DNA from: Fimbriosthenelais zetlandica
Lineage: Eukaryota
Length of the DNA stretch: 64,000 nt
Direction: 5' to 3'
Assembly (NCBI GenBank): GCA_977030845.1
Contig: OZ365111.1
Location: 21,390,001 to 21,454,000, forward strand
Shown here one piece after another: positions 13,601-28,317 of the stretch. The notes below the pieces were generated by a model. The model made no database searches. It was not told the DNA's origin and saw only the letters and a list, made by a program, of their open reading frames with translations. Position numbers and translations under genes: made by a program. Position 1 is the stretch's first letter. Each line of letters starts with the position of its first letter.

Positions 13601-15799
13601 CAGCCCACAGGCTTATTCCAATGGAGATTATTTTTAGAAACTCATACATGAAGAATGGACTGATGAAAAATCATCCAGTCATTTCAAATGAAGAAAAATA
13701 ACATAGCCTATTATAGAGAGAGAGAGACTGAGAGAAAGCAACTTTCAATCAGTTGCGATGTCAGCGTGGGTGGCAAAGCTGAATAGCTGTTTGGGATAGT
13801 GACCACAGGGCATAGTGAGAAGAAAGCAGGACCTTATCACTGAGCCTTGATAGAAACCATACATCCGGTCTCATAATATCCCGCTCTGCCTCGTGAAAAG
13901 GTGAGAGCAAGGTGTCACAACACTATTTCATCTCATCTCCTCGCATGGAATTGGCTTTCATGGGGATTCAGGCCTTTCTCAACAGCTGTCACATACAATT
14001 GTCACCGTCTTAATGTGGTACAAAGGACATATTCACACCCCTTGATGAAGTAAAGTGACTTCTTTCACATTTTTCATAAAAGCAAAAGCGGAGAGCATAG
14101 GAAGAAGTAGTTCTGGCGCATGCAAGGCTTTTACAGATCTGATAAAAGTCCTTCGAGATGACATGAAGTACATTTGACTGAGAACATATTTCACATTTGA
14201 AAACACTCAATCAAGAAGCAAATGACAAATAGGATATCGACTTTTATTAATAATGTAAAAGACGAACAGAGGAAGCTTTTCCTTCAGATAAACAGTGTAT
14301 ACAGGCTAATTCACAAGAGATACTATGCAGTGCGTTCCATGGCTATAATGCCGGTATACATACATACATGTATAGCAGATCTACAAGCATCAATGTGATC
14401 AACGAATACAGAAATATCCCAATGGTGTGAAGCCAAATGATGCCTTTGCTTTACAATAAGTACATGTGTATGGACCTATTAGGACGAGGACTCAGAGTGC
14501 AGGGAAGGGGGTAAAAGGACCATATTTCATAGGGTCACTAAGGAGTGGAGCAGGACAGCTTGGTTGACAGCTTCTATCCCATTGCCATAATGAAATCTCC
14601 TCCCCTTGGCCTGACCAATTACCGAGGCAACAAAATAGCTGCGTCCCTATGCCAGCAATGCCATCTCTGGTGACCCAGAGACTTTATATTGACCCGAAAA
14701 GGCTTGGAGGACTTGGAATTTAAAGAGGACAGTCCACTTTATGACCAGCTGCAGAGGGTCTCAAGTTCAAAAATTTCCATCACAGAAGTACAAACACGAA
14801 TAAGTTAATGTAATAGTCCAAGCCATAATTATACCCCTGGGCATCATCATCTACATAGGAATGAAGAAAGGCATTTGAAATTGATTATCCATGGGGTAAT
14901 CTATTAATTATTCGATATGACGAAACGTCGACAACAAAGTAATGAATCATATGATCAATAAACAAAACTGACAGTAACATAAAGAAAGGATCTCTCCATT
15001 AAATTGTATCCATGTGAGGATGTTCAAATTCATTTGGATTAAGCTAATAGAGTCCAGAATTTCATCGGAGACCATTACTCGGCTAAAATTGATAGAGCAG
15101 ATGAAATGTAAACTTAAAGTAGTAAGAAATATGTTAGGATCTCTTTTAGGATATTGTCATTTGTGCATAGCAATAATTCTTGCCTTTTAAAATAAGATCA
15201 GGAACCGATTGCCCCAGCAGGAGACAGAAGAGAGATTATTTGTAATTGCAGGAAGATGAGAAGGTTGCAGCAAGGGAAAGTGTCTTTAATGAGTGGGAAG
15301 TCATTTTAGGCTAGAAACAATTTCCAATGAGAAAAACTGCCATCAGAGGCCTGCACCTCCTCCCAGAGCTTGATAAAAAGGCCTTGGATTTGGTAGGATC
15401 ATGTAATGACATTTCACACGGATTTTTTTTCACTGCTGGCACTGTCAAATGAAGTAACAATTTGAGGAAGTTTTTCAAAAGTCAAACCCTAAAAAGAGAC
15501 TCTTTAAATTTTGAGGGATCTTTTCTTCTGGTACTTGCAAGAGTAATCAGGTCTTATGGAATAAAAGTTGGATAAAACATTGAATTGTATCTTCCCCAGT
15601 GTGAACTGCTGGGAACAAGATAGAGATGTAAGTACCACGTGGTTGCATGTGATGATTAGGTGTTGGTGCAATTAGTGTCTGATGGTGTGTTGTGCTAATC
15701 ACTGATCTCAATTAGTGGTAATTACTTAAACAAGACTACTCTATATCGGTAAAGCAATATAATCATCATTCAGTGTAACATATCCAATGCCACATATAA

Positions 15800-16060
15800 A
15801 CACTGGCAGCACAATTTAGGGTATAAATAAGACACTCAGCTGAGATTATCAAGATTATCAAGCTGACATTAATCCCAAATTGTTTCAAAAGTAGTCTGAA
15901 AAGTAGTAATAAAGATGCCTTTGGCTGCAAGAAAGCCGACTGCAGGTCCAAGTCTTCGGCCGAGTCAGTCAAGAGAAGATTGTATCATAACTGAGAATCA
16001 TGGACATATTTGTCAGCTCATGATTTAGTCAATACCTCGGCCTTCTTCTGCTGACAAGGG
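15800..16060 (-). mobile_element. Possible decayed DIRS-like reverse-transcriptase fragment
   Basis: The translation EVLTKS*...*YNLLLTDSAED...LLLKQFGINVS follows the motif order of DIRS RTs (VFTK...YLDD.LL.A.S.E...LL..LGF.IN), but the YLDD itself is not intact. Confidence 0.22.
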
Positions 16061-17219
16061 GCTGTCCACACAAGGGCCTTCCAAGGAGCTGAATCCCAAG
16101 ATAGCGTAAACAGAGATCCACCAAAGCAAAGTGCCGCCGGAGCAGATCTAATCAAGAATCAGGTCTACACTGCCCAAATCGCATTACCCAACCGAAATCT
16201 GTTTACGTTTTCACGCCACCACCTTCTGCGAGAATGCCTAAATGCATTTTGGCTGGGAATTATTCTGAGCCGCCATTGCGAATCCAGATCTACTTCTGAA
16301 TTGGGTGCGACCTTCGACCCTGTGTCTTATCAGGTTTCTTGTACCTGAGTCCCCAAGCCCCAGAGGGACCAGGCCCGCGAGGCTATGTAAGGAATAGGTT
16401 GACACAAGCAGGGTCAGATATGAATATGGTAAAAAGCTAGGCTGGTGGGATATATGTGGTAATAAGTATACATCATAAAAAATAACGACAGGTCTGACAA
16501 TGAGAGGTCGCGAGAATACAAGTGGTGGGTAGGTCGCATATTTACTCAATCTAGTATATGAAAAGATCTGGCCACCAAGTATATATACACATGCTGATAA
16601 TACAAAAATCACAGCTTGTCAGTGGGCAGGATAACGTTCATCTCCCTATTGACTGTAGTGATCCGTCTCATAAATTAGTTTTCCTGAAGGGGGCAACACA
16701 TTGACTTAAACATCCTGAAAATCAATCAGACTTGACTAAATGTACTCCCAATTAAGAAGCCTCTCGCATTAAAATGGCAACCAGGAACGATTGTGACATC
16801 AAATTAGATGGTATTTTGAAATGGATTGTCGTTGCTGTTGCGGCAACTTCATAATTCGAGGAGAATATTTTACCGAGAAAGAGACATCAATCACTATTAT
16901 GGTTCTCCGATATCAGTTTAGAATCGGGCTTAAATTAGCAATGAAAATAATCCTGTTTGTTTCTGACGCTATCACGACAGGCTCAGAAAGCTCATTTTGA
17001 TGGATCTGTCCATATTCTGTTTATAATTTTCCCTAAGATATCCTTTTTGACTATACCCCTTTGAGCATCAATATAGATCATCAGCTCTGACTGACCAGGG
17101 ATCCTGATCAGTGTATCAAAGCCACCTCCTTACAATGAATCAAGTGATACATCAAGTACGTGCTCTCATAATATGCAAGAGATTCTCAACTGAGGTCACG
17201 ATTCACATTCTTCAAGATT

Positions 17220-17400
17220 TTAGACAATCTCGAAGATTCGGACATGGCTTGAGGAAGGCGTGAGGGACTTGGCTACAGTTTGCATAATGCCAGCCTTGTC
17301 TGGTAGCTGCATGCTGACCTTTGCCTCCTGGTCCTTCATAAGGCAGTTAGGCTGGTGAAAGTCCCCCCACCGACAGTGACGGATGCCAGGTACTTAGGTC
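17220..17400 (-). mobile_element. Decayed APE-endonuclease-like fragment of a LINE
   Basis: The translation WGDFHQPNC...LPDKAGIMQTVAKSLTP...RIFEIV resembles GDFN.P.I...L....GL.Q.V..PTR....LDLV. Confidence 0.3.
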
Positions 17401-20400
17401 GACTTCGCTAGTGCTGGATATGCAGGATCATGATGTTGGATCTCAGGTCAAGGGGTGAGGCTTGAGACAGTGTGAATTATGACATTCTGAGAAGAGAAAT
17501 GCATGCAAAGAAAGGTGTGGGTGTTCATGCTCAGGGTGGGGTAGATTTGTAGGGATTTGTATCTTATCAGCTGAATCATGTACAAGCTTTCATCTTAATT
17601 TGGGGTGAATGAAATGGATAGGCCTACAGAATCAGTGTGGTGATGCATTTAGCTAAGGCTTGAAGTATTTAGAAAAAAATTGATGGGAAAATTCAGGAAT
17701 TAGGAAATATTTTTAGCCATGAAAATACTTTTCAATGCAATGTTTTTTTTCGTGAAGTCAGCGGTCATCTAGTTCAGCCTTTATCCAACTGAACGGACTG
17801 ACCACCGAGACATGGACAAGGTCAGGAGAACCTGAGGCGGACTCCCTAAGGACCGCAGTTGTCTCTCTTATATCAGTTATAATAGTGCATACATCAGGGT
17901 CCGGAAAGGCCTGTCTTACTCAGATTTATTCCTCGGTAATGCTGGGGGTCATAAAAGATCACAACTCAGCCAGGTTTCCGGAGAGCCTTCCCAAGAGGCG
18001 TTAATGGTGCACTTGAAAGCTTGATGAATTGATGCTTTGTTTCTCTTGTAGGCAGGAAAAGCAAGTAAGGAATGCTCAGTAATTGTGATACAATGCAGGA
18101 AGGGATTGTAAAAAGGCCCTGGACTAGGCAATGTGGACAAATGGAACAGGAGGGATAGCACTATTACAATATAAGAAAAAGATTCAGCAATGGATAGAAG
18201 TGTGTTCCATGCTTGATCTTTAACACCGATACGGTTTTTATGCAAGCCACAAATGTATAAAAATTAGTTTTTAACAATTAATTAAATAACACATTGATTA
18301 CATGGATTGAATTTCTTCGAGCCAAACTGCATTTTTTTTCCAGTATTAAAACATAGTAATCACTTGGATAAAAACTGATCTGAGGTAAAAAGGTTAGAGG
18401 ACAGCCAGTCAGATGTTTAACAACGTCTGTCTTATAGAAGGTAAGCGGAAAGCACATGATGAAGTGTGCTGGATGACAGGATAATAGGATATGTATGACA
18501 TCCTGGTATGAAGAAGAAGTCATATAGACTCAGACGCCCGTTATAACGATCTCCTTCATCACCCTTTACCGTCAACTTTCATAACTGGAAGACGGCATCC
18601 AAAGACAAGCTTCTTTACAGTCAGAATACTTAAGCTATAGGAAAATTTTCTTAAGATTGTTTTTATCACTTTTTGTACAAATATGGGATTATATTTCACT
18701 GTAAAAATTCTCATCTCAACATGAAAATATGAATTCTCATCCCAACACTTCTTTCTATAAGATCATGGTTTTTTTCCACCATTGCTAAAATTCTGTTTGA
18801 AAGAGACATTGGTTTTATCAAGGGATCCACATCAAAACGGCCAGTGCTACATATTCTCTGTGTCACTCCTAGTATATGTGGACCTTGTATGCGATTAGTT
18901 ATTCCCTTTAATAACCATGCATACTTGAGTGTGTCTTGAGTCCTATAGGTGGGTAATCAAAGTGCAGCGCGCCGTCTTATTCCTGGTCAGGGACAGCCTT
19001 GAGCTGCACCTCTGAGCAGTTCAATAAGGACGCCAGCCCGGGAGAGAGCCCCACTTCTCATCTCACGAGAGCGCTTGACACCTTGCCTGGCTACTTTATA
19101 CTATAGTCTGGGGGCTTGGAATGCTCATTGCTCCCATAGCAACTGGTCATTTTGATCACTGACCACCACTCGTCCTTTCGGATCCAGCAGGGGCAATTTG
19201 TGGGTGTTGGCAAGGACTGGGGTGTTTTTTTCGGCTTTATGGCCTGATTGATGATGGATTGCAGGTCAATGAGGATTGTGGGTGATGGATTGAGGAGATT
19301 ATATTATAGGGGAGACTGAGGGCAGGAGGTCCACCATGCCTGACGTTCACTCGTGACTTCCTTGCTCTGTACAATGTTTTGCAATTAGGAAACTAACTAT
19401 TTCGCTTTGCTCAGCAATACGCTTACCTGACTCTCTTCTGTAATGAATTGGACCTCTATTTATGGCCAGTTAAATGCGGAGAAGGTTTCTAATATTCCTC
19501 CATTTACTCACAGTAGCTATTGATGAAAAGAATTCTTAAGGGGGCCTGTCACATGAATAAAATGTACCTTAAAGGAGTGTTGCTTTCTTGGCTCAGCCAT
19601 GATCATACATTCATTACTAAAATATTGATAGGGAACAATATGATGTAATGTAAAGGTAACAAGAGTTGGGGTAGTTATGTAAACTGCAATATCCAAGAGT
19701 CTATCACTGAAGTAATTGTCGACCTGTCAAAAGCGAGATCACAAGGCCCTGTAGTGTCATGTTCTATCGGATATTATGTAAGATTAATATCAATACAACA
19801 GATTTATGAGTACCGCTCGGAAGTCAAAATTCAAGGCCAAAATTACTGTATGTTTGTGAGAGGAATATGAGAGAATTTATTTGAAATGCAGCCATGTAGG
19901 CCTATGTTAATAAACGTCCACCGACACATACCAATAATTAAGGAGTAGACCCTGGAACTGTCACTAAGTTTTTACCACCACTGCATATATTGGACCAAAC
20001 ATTCTGTAGGCAAACCGTTAGTATTCCGCGTTCAATTTGTCGCACTGACAGGCCCACACAAGTGGCGCAAGGATGGGAGAAAACGGGATCTCTCAACAGC
20101 ATTCTGGGCCTGCTCTACCGGGCGTGTGGACGGCGGAAGATGACCAAGATGGGTATCTGGACAATGTGAAGTGTCAAGGTCACCTTGGCTGACCAGAGGT
20201 CTGGCTTATGTGCAAGAGTCGTTGGCCTTTGTGGAGAAGGTTAAATTGTGGACAGTGAGACAATTTCACAGCACCAAAGGGAAAGGCTCTTCTATTGCAA
20301 ATCCTTAATTGAAAGTAAGGGCAACTGCATGATGAACTTATTTGGCAAGGAAACCGTATAAAACAATTTTTTGAAACACAAGTTTAGTACTAGTCTAATG

Positions 20401-21399
20401 TCGATGTCATAATAAAAATTTGAAACAAGCAATGTGACTCCATTACTTTGTTTTCCTAATTGAGTTTCGCAATTAAATTTCATTGAATTCATACAGTAAC
20501 TGCAGTATCTTCTTAGCACTTTTTAGTATAGATCTTCTTCGATATAACACCCTTGGGTTCACATCTTTCATCACTTGGATTGCTCACCCCCTGAAAGAAG
20601 ATTTACCATCATGATTCAGCTGCGAATAGACCAGGTGCACTTGGTCAGGATTCATTATGCATACATCAGGTGAGGGCCTTTTCCTCATCCCACTTCAGCT
20701 TTACATTTTTATATTCATAGGCATGATACTTAATGTTCTGGTGCCAAAAAGGTAAATATTTCTAAAAGCAGTGCATATTCTGAGGTACAGTGGGATCTCA
20801 CTAACATGACCAGCCTTGACCAGCTAGCGCTTGCGGCTGACTTTTCTATGGCACTGCATGGGAATGAATGTCTTGCGAGACTTCCTGATATCCCGCGGTT
20901 ATTGCAGTAGTTGCATGGTTGTTGCAAGTGTGTTTTTAAACTTCCTATCCTAAAAGGTTACAGGCAAGGGAATAAAGCTTAATGGAGCTCCCCCATTAAC
21001 AAAACATTGCATCAGTTTTCTTTCTATTCAATAAACATGCAGTGATCAAATATGGGAGATATGAAAAAGAGCAATATGGAATTGACATCACAGGGTTGGT
21101 TACTCACAAATGAGCAGAATCTAAGAATTCTTCTGAGAGGAGTACATGTGTTGTGTCTATAGATCACAGGTAATATTCAATATCTGTCCAGCGGTTATTG
21201 ACCTGAAACTGGTCAAACAAGGACGTATAATGAGGGGGTAAGTGGGAGAAGGAGTCACAAACAGGGGGCCCTTTAATCAGGTTTAATGTTATTTGGGGGA
21301 GGGATCAGAAGAGATCACATAGTCCTTGAAGTGCCCAGGATTCACTCTGAGCCTTGCCAGGAAAGGTAGAGAAACGAGGACACTCAACAGCTGATGTTA

Positions 21400-21800
21400 A
21401 CACTTTCAGAATGAGCAATCCTGTCCATGGCAGGTTTCTAGATCATCGATTCTTCATAGAACTCGTTGTTAAATTTATGAGTTGGAAATTTTATGTATGT
21501 TTATGTATGGAGAACAATGTTTTCCTTGCAGCGTCTTGCCTCCTCAATCTCGCCCTTTGCAGATTTGCGTCTGAGGGTCCAGAATCGAGTAAACAAACGT
21601 TTGGTTCGATTGGGAAGTTTAGATACGGCTTGCTATTCAATGCCAAATCTAGATATTCAAAGCCATATCTAGATATTGCCACATTTCCCAAGCCTTATTC
21701 TCAAAGAATGAAGAGTAAGTATAAAGAGACAATTCAACTATATCCAACAGGATGCTATAAACCAATATGAGAATGTAAATGATAAGATTTTTCAACAAGA
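21400..21800 (-). mobile_element. Decayed non-LTR retrotransposon reverse-transcriptase fragment
   Basis: The translation VCLLDSGPSDANLQRARLRRQDAARKTLFSIHKH resembles the post-YADD region of LINE RTs (LGV..SS.GSF..A...L...ARKALFSL). Stops and frameshifts surround it. Confidence 0.35.
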
Positions 21801-24800
21801 TCGCCCTCATAGAGGCCCACCTCCACAGCACACCGATAATAAAGGGAATGAAATGTCTGTCTCGTGAGATTGCTTTGGCGCAAACTCATTATACCTGGAA
21901 GAGACGGATGCGACAACACTGATGTGTCCAATTCTGGACTATTTTCTAAAATGTGGAGGAATTGGAGGATTCAGGAGGAAATGAACATCAGTTTTTCCTC
22001 TTAAATCTATCCATTTATTTTGCTCTACTAAAGGGCCCTCGACATTTCAGATCCATTAAATGGTTAGTATCAAAGGAATACCAAATGAAAGTACAAGCAA
22101 TTTGAAGTATCAATGAAGGGTAAGATTACATATCCCTAAGTTAAGAATAAAATTAGACTTGAAATTGACAATCAGCAGCATAACAAACAGACCAATGCAG
22201 GAAAAATCAGCGACACAATTTCATTCCAAAGACCGGATGGCTAATTCTTATGCACGAATTAAAGCTCTCCATTTACGCAATACTCAGCCAAGATGAAGTC
22301 ATCCAAAGTACCCAAAGAGCCATCGTGACATTTAATAAGACCCTGTTGGACATTTCAGAAATGTAATATCGCTTTAAATAATCTCCAGTTGTAGATGCTT
22401 CCGTCTGGACTTGAAAGGTTGGATTGGTTATGTTTGGAGCGTTGGGCAATAACATTTTCCTGGATAGGCCTTTACAGCTGGTTCTTATGCATGCCCCGGG
22501 CAGCAGGCTGGAAATTGACTGATATTTGGCCGTGAATCACTTTGATCTGCCGTTCCCTGCAGGATTATTTTATATTATTGTGTCCCTTGGCAAACATGAG
22601 GCAACAGCTCTTTGCCATGACACCAGAAAGCTCCTGTCCCCTTTGCAAGGTGCAGTTTCACTAAATGCATACGGGTGGAACTTCTATCTCATCAATCCAG
22701 CATACAGTTCAACTCGATAGCAAAATGAAAAAATCATTTCAAAGAAATCATATATTTTTTCACCATTGATTATTACAGTTGGAACAAATGAACAAATATT
22801 TGTGAGCTCAATAAGATAATAAGTCCATGCTCACACAAATGTTCCACACAGTATATCCAATGCGAGTGAAACAGGTTTCATCTCTACAGCAACAAACGAT
22901 GCACATCAAAGGCTGGCCAGCCCATTGCCATGGATACTGAATGTTATCAGTCCTGCAATGTCCAGTACAGTGATAAAGTGACCCCTTGTTATCACTGCAA
23001 ACTCCCCACAGAAGCTGCTATAGAAGTCTATACTCTCAGCATACGCTCACCCGCAGGCAAAGGACAACACAGGAGAGTCAAGGAAACCAAGTCACTTTGG
23101 TTCTACTTTGGTTCCTCTTTGGTCGAGACTTCAGACCAGGGAGGAAAGCGGCGAAACAATACAACATTTTTCATTACAAGCATTTGCTGCAAGTTATGCC
23201 TACTTTTCCCATAGATTTTGTAAAACGTGCCGTTATTTGACGTGCTATGTCAAAAATTAAACTTGAGGAGGCAAACCATTGCTTTGAAAGGCACATTGCC
23301 GCATGCAAGCAACTTAGGAATATAATTTACTTGTTCCTGATGTAAGTAATGATCAGAGAAAGCTCATTAAGTTCTCAAGAAAAACCGTAAATAGAAGTTA
23401 GAGGATCATTATTGGTAAACCTTCACAAGCCGCGACTTACCACTCGACACAGTGATATTTATAGCCCTATAAAACATGGGTGAGTTTCAAAGAGCTCATT
23501 TAGTATGCTATAGGAAATGCAAACTACAACTAATTTACTTGGCACTCAACATAAACTTAAATCCTAGAGGTGATTCTTTCGACATTGCCTTGACAATAAA
23601 CATATGAACAACCTAAGGTCAATAATCATATCAAAAGAATTGCAGTGCTGCCAAGAAATAGAATGATCATAGAAAAGATACAGGTCTTCCACAACCTTTA
23701 GCTCTGTCGGGTACGAGCTGTTATAAACGATGTGAATTGTAATTATTTCAGCACAACCATTCTTTATTATAATTTTATAAGGGATTTGTTTTGTAAATTT
23801 ACTTATGATGGGAAATCAATGATCAGTTATCTAACTCACTGTTGCCAATCTACCAGCAATTGTGAAAATTATTACGCTGGGGCAGCTTACTCCATCTTGC
23901 TTTTTCATAAGGATGTATCCTGCCATCGTCTTGTTATTCAATATTTCCCCATTTAATATGCATCTCCAGTACGACAAACACAAAAAAACCACCTTCAGTA
24001 AAGGAATTTATCAATGGATATTCCGTTTTTCTGTGCAGTTGAGGTAAAAAAAGAACCTATCACACCAGTCTGCAATCCACCCTGAAGGCAATACCAGTGG
24101 CTAAACTCTATTTAAGGCTATGCAACTGACAACAAATCAACCATAAGTACTTCTCTCCGCACTCTAAATGACTGACGTTTTTCATGCCAGATTCATGGCT
24201 CGGCATTACAGGCAAGTTTCCATGTCATATTTTCCATTTCTTTATTGCTGCACCTTGGCCATTTAATGAGGCTTTTTATGGGCCAGCTCAGTGTTGAAAC
24301 GGTGGCTTCTGGCAGGTTAAAAACACAAAGCACAATCCAGCATTCGTCAGGTGGAACCAGAATATCATAGCTGGCTGATTTATTGGATTTCCGGGCTTGG
24401 TATTTTATGGTTCCAACTTTCAAGTATAGAGCCTGTGGGTAGAAAAACAGGAGAGGGAGCTGGGATTATAGACAAAAATGACTCCCTTTAATGGCGTGTA
24501 CTTGAACTCTGGGAGGATATGTTTATTGCCTGTTGCATAAACTATGCAAATCAGGATATCCTCAAATGCATTTGTAAATATGAATAAAGTGATAGATTGG
24601 ACTTAACGCAAATCTTATAAAATACGTATTCATCCAATGTGTCATCTCTGCCAGTTATGTCACCGCGACATTTAAATATTAATTTTCATGGGGGTTTTAT
24701 TTAATTAAAACAGAGATATCCGTATAAAAGTAAATGAACTTGCATGTACCATGCAATGATTTTGCCACCATAGATTGGCACCATTTATAATCTTTTTACG

Positions 24801-25499
24801 TGCACTAGAGTATGTTACTTCCACCATGGTGCTTGAATTGAGATGAGGAAGCAATGTTTTGTCTCGGAATCAATAACTCCAATCATAGGAGGAGGCGACG
24901 GCATCCATGGTTAATCATAGGTATCTACAACAGCTGCTGTACTTGGAATGATTGTTAAAAAATATCGAACCAACCTTCGTTAAACACAGGCTTGGTGGAT
25001 TCTCATAATTAGCTATGAATAGCCTAGGTGGAGACTGTGTTTCTCTATCTTTATACAATGTAAGTACTAACTTATAGTTCTACCTAGTAAAATTGCTTGT
25101 GCTTTCTATTTTGGCACCAGTTCCAACAGGATAATTGCCACATATGATCCTAAAGCTATTGAAAAATTGAACCAGCTGTCAGAAAGGCTATGAACGATTC
25201 AGTCACTTAATTAATCCCATCTTCGGTTCTTTAGTGCTCTCTGGGATATTCTATTTCAGAAAAACAATTAGGGAGAATATTATTAGTTTCACCCAATCAT
25301 GATAGTTTACTAGATGTTATCACATGCAACTCCTGGCTGTGAACCCCTACCACAAGGGTGAACAGCTCACTGTCTACCGTGATTGCTATGATTTCATTAA
25401 GGACACCAATTAAGCATCTTTGCGTGTGTGGCCGGCGTTTTAATTAGTTCCTTTGTTACCCTGCCAGAGCATCAGGTTTACTGAAGACAAGCAATCGAT

Positions 25500-25790
25500 C
25501 CTCGCCTATCTCAAGAGTGGTACCCGGAGAGTCCGGACTCGACTGATAAAGATACTCCCTGAAACATGTGAGAATGAGAGACAGGGAGAGACAGACAGGC
25601 AGACAGAGATAAAGAAAAAGGTACTCAAGTTCAAGATCACGCAATCAGTTGCAAAGACATTATCTAAATGTTTGACAGCGGCGATTCAGTACAAGACAGA
25701 CTCAACCAAGCAAAACATCAAGTCGTTATTCCATCGAATTGCTAGGAGCTGGAATATGATACCATCAAGATTGTATCATTCATAGACTCA
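25500..25790 (+). mobile_element. Decayed CR1/L2-type LINE 3' end (RT C-terminal region)
   Basis: The translation contains RRVRTRLIKILPE and SLFHRIARSWNMIPS. These resemble the CR1/L2 motifs ERVQRRATK.IP and SFF.R....WN.LP. Confidence 0.45.
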
Positions 25791-28317
25791 GTTCCATCCC
25801 AATTTGACACGGTTAATCAATGGCAAATACTCTCACACAAAGCACATTTCTCCTTATCCGATTCTCAAACCCAAAACTGACAGGGTTTACAATAAAGAAT
25901 GAAGGGATCGAGATGTGTCAGCGATCTGAAAGAAATGGATGACAACCCTATTTTCCATAACATTTTCTTTCAGATAAATACTTTGGGGGACAGAAAAATC
26001 TGAATAGTTCTGCTAGAAACTGTAACTACATGCTCCATAGCTTTCTGCCCAAAGTTTTCGCTACTTCTTCTATTGTTCTCTGTATCCACTACATATATAT
26101 ATATTCATGATCACCCTCATCTATACCTTATCTCCATCAAAAGACCCGTCAAGCCCAAGAAATGATAGGAAAAAACATGAGCGGGGACAGTGTGTACTTG
26201 GGGGCAATTTGCTTCTTGTTCTGCAGTGGAGCAAAACAAATGGCAGGCAACTGTCAAATAAAGGCTTCGCGGCAATTTACATTAAACTCCAGTACGATTC
26301 ATCACAGTGCCTTTTAGGAGGGCCTTTGTTGTTAACATAAGCTTTGTCCCCCGGGTCCATGAAAACCTGAAAATATGACCCATTTGTGGGAACAAAAAAG
26401 CGTAATATACTCGCATATTTTTTAAGCTGTACTTTGTTTCAGCTTTTATCAGGGAACAGGGGGTAGTATTTTCAATCGCTGACCTATACGAAATCCACGG
26501 ATTATCCATCATTTTGCAACTGCCAGTTCAACAGTACTCCCTTCCAGGTCTCGAGAGGAAAAATAGATAAAACATATAAGGGCAGATTAAAGTTATGGAG
26601 ACTTCTGGCCGAGATGGCCTGAGAATTTTATCGACCCAAGAGTCCAGTACTATACAGAGGAGCTCTCCTCCTACTCGGCTTGCCAACATAGACTGGCATG
26701 ATGAATTGAATTGTCACTAAAGGCAGAATTAAGTTGTTTAAACAACCTCCACTGCTGTTCCTCCACATTCACGCTTGACAAGAGGCCAAAGTGTCCTTCC
26801 CGTCAGACCAGATGTCTCCCGCCTCCCCTCTCCAATAGCCGTCAACCTTAATTCAACCAAAAGCAGACGCTAAACCAATTTATCTATGCCATCGTTCTGA
26901 AGATCCCCTTATCTTTTATTCTTTTTTTAAAGCAAAACCTCAAAGCCATTTATTTCCACAGTGTTGGACATGATAACCACAGGAAAGAGTTAATCATTGA
27001 TTAAACCACAAATTCCTGAAATATCATTAATTTTCATCAAGGTATACATTCTTTTAAATTATATCCTTCCAATGTTTACTCTTTCCCAGCTCAGGCTTGT
27101 ATGCTCTCCCCCGGGGATTCGATCAGGAAATTGAAAATTTAATTTGTGTATTGTATTAGCAAATGCAGCGAGAGGAGGGTGAACGGTCGGCCAAGCTTAC
27201 TGACTGGCTGATCAGGAAAGGGCGGATCGTACCTGTTGTCCCCATGTCATATTAACTCCTTTCAGCATCCAATTATTGAATGCAATTACCTGCTGTATGT
27301 TCACAGTCAAAGCTGGGGAATCCATCAAGCTTGATAAAAGATCCGACTCTTCAGGAATGTGGATTCATTGAAAAATATAAATCCTCTCTGCCGAAAATGG
27401 ATTTCTAGACTGTTAAAAAGGAACTATGAAATAGATCACACCAGCTTCAGTTAGTGACTATTTCAAGCTAATACTAAACGAACATATTGCCTATAACCAT
27501 TGTGAAGTTTCTCCATTAGTTCCTTTATTACTTGAGGCAATTTAAAGTGGATAGTGGAGAGTACTGTGTTTCAAATAGAGATGCTGAAATTAGCATTAAA
27601 ACCACCAGGCAACTATGCAGTGCATTCACTTTGAATTTTACTAATATCAATAGCAGGTTGTTTTAACATTCTGCTTGACAGTGCTCAAAGTCACCGAGTC
27701 TATGAGAAATATTTGAAATATAGAGTTACAAGCCAGGTTGATTGCTCTCTCGGAAAATCAATCAAGTGGTTATGATTTACCTTTAAATGTTATTGATAAT
27801 TTATCTGCGTAAGTGGCTTCCATTGCAATTTCTAAAACAAGGCAATCACACGGCACAGCAGAGATTCCAATATTAATATAATTATTTATGTGATGGTAAT
27901 TGCAACTAGACATGTGATACTATCCAAATTATTTATTCAGAGACGTTTCAATCCACTATAATACTTGAAAGTATCGACGATAATTATAGATTGTTAGTTG
28001 CCTATATGAAATTAATCCATCAGGTACTTGGGGTTTATTGCATTAGCCAGATCCGACACGTAATTCATACTCCTTGATATATCCTTAAACAAAATTAATG
28101 ACTAAATTTCTTTAATAAGTTTCTGATAAAATGACTTGCAGCTACTGTGATAATGTTTCATTTTGTCTAGATAGGTGAACATATATGCAGAAGCGAACAT
28201 AAGCTGTCCATCCTCGCAGAACATTCCTTCGTATAGAAACACGAGAGATAACATTGAGCTGGGGGTGTACGACTATGACAATGAAGATGTCCTCTTCATA
28301 ATATGTTCACAACTCAC

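Noticed and set aside
19433-19455. CAG|GTAAGC on the minus strand as another ratchet point
   Set aside because: The upstream sequence is purine-rich (gaagagagtcag), with no pyrimidine tract.
23891-24055. Minus-strand segment with a good acceptor and a GTAAGC donor
   Set aside because: All three frames contain stops. At most a non-coding exon, with no other support.
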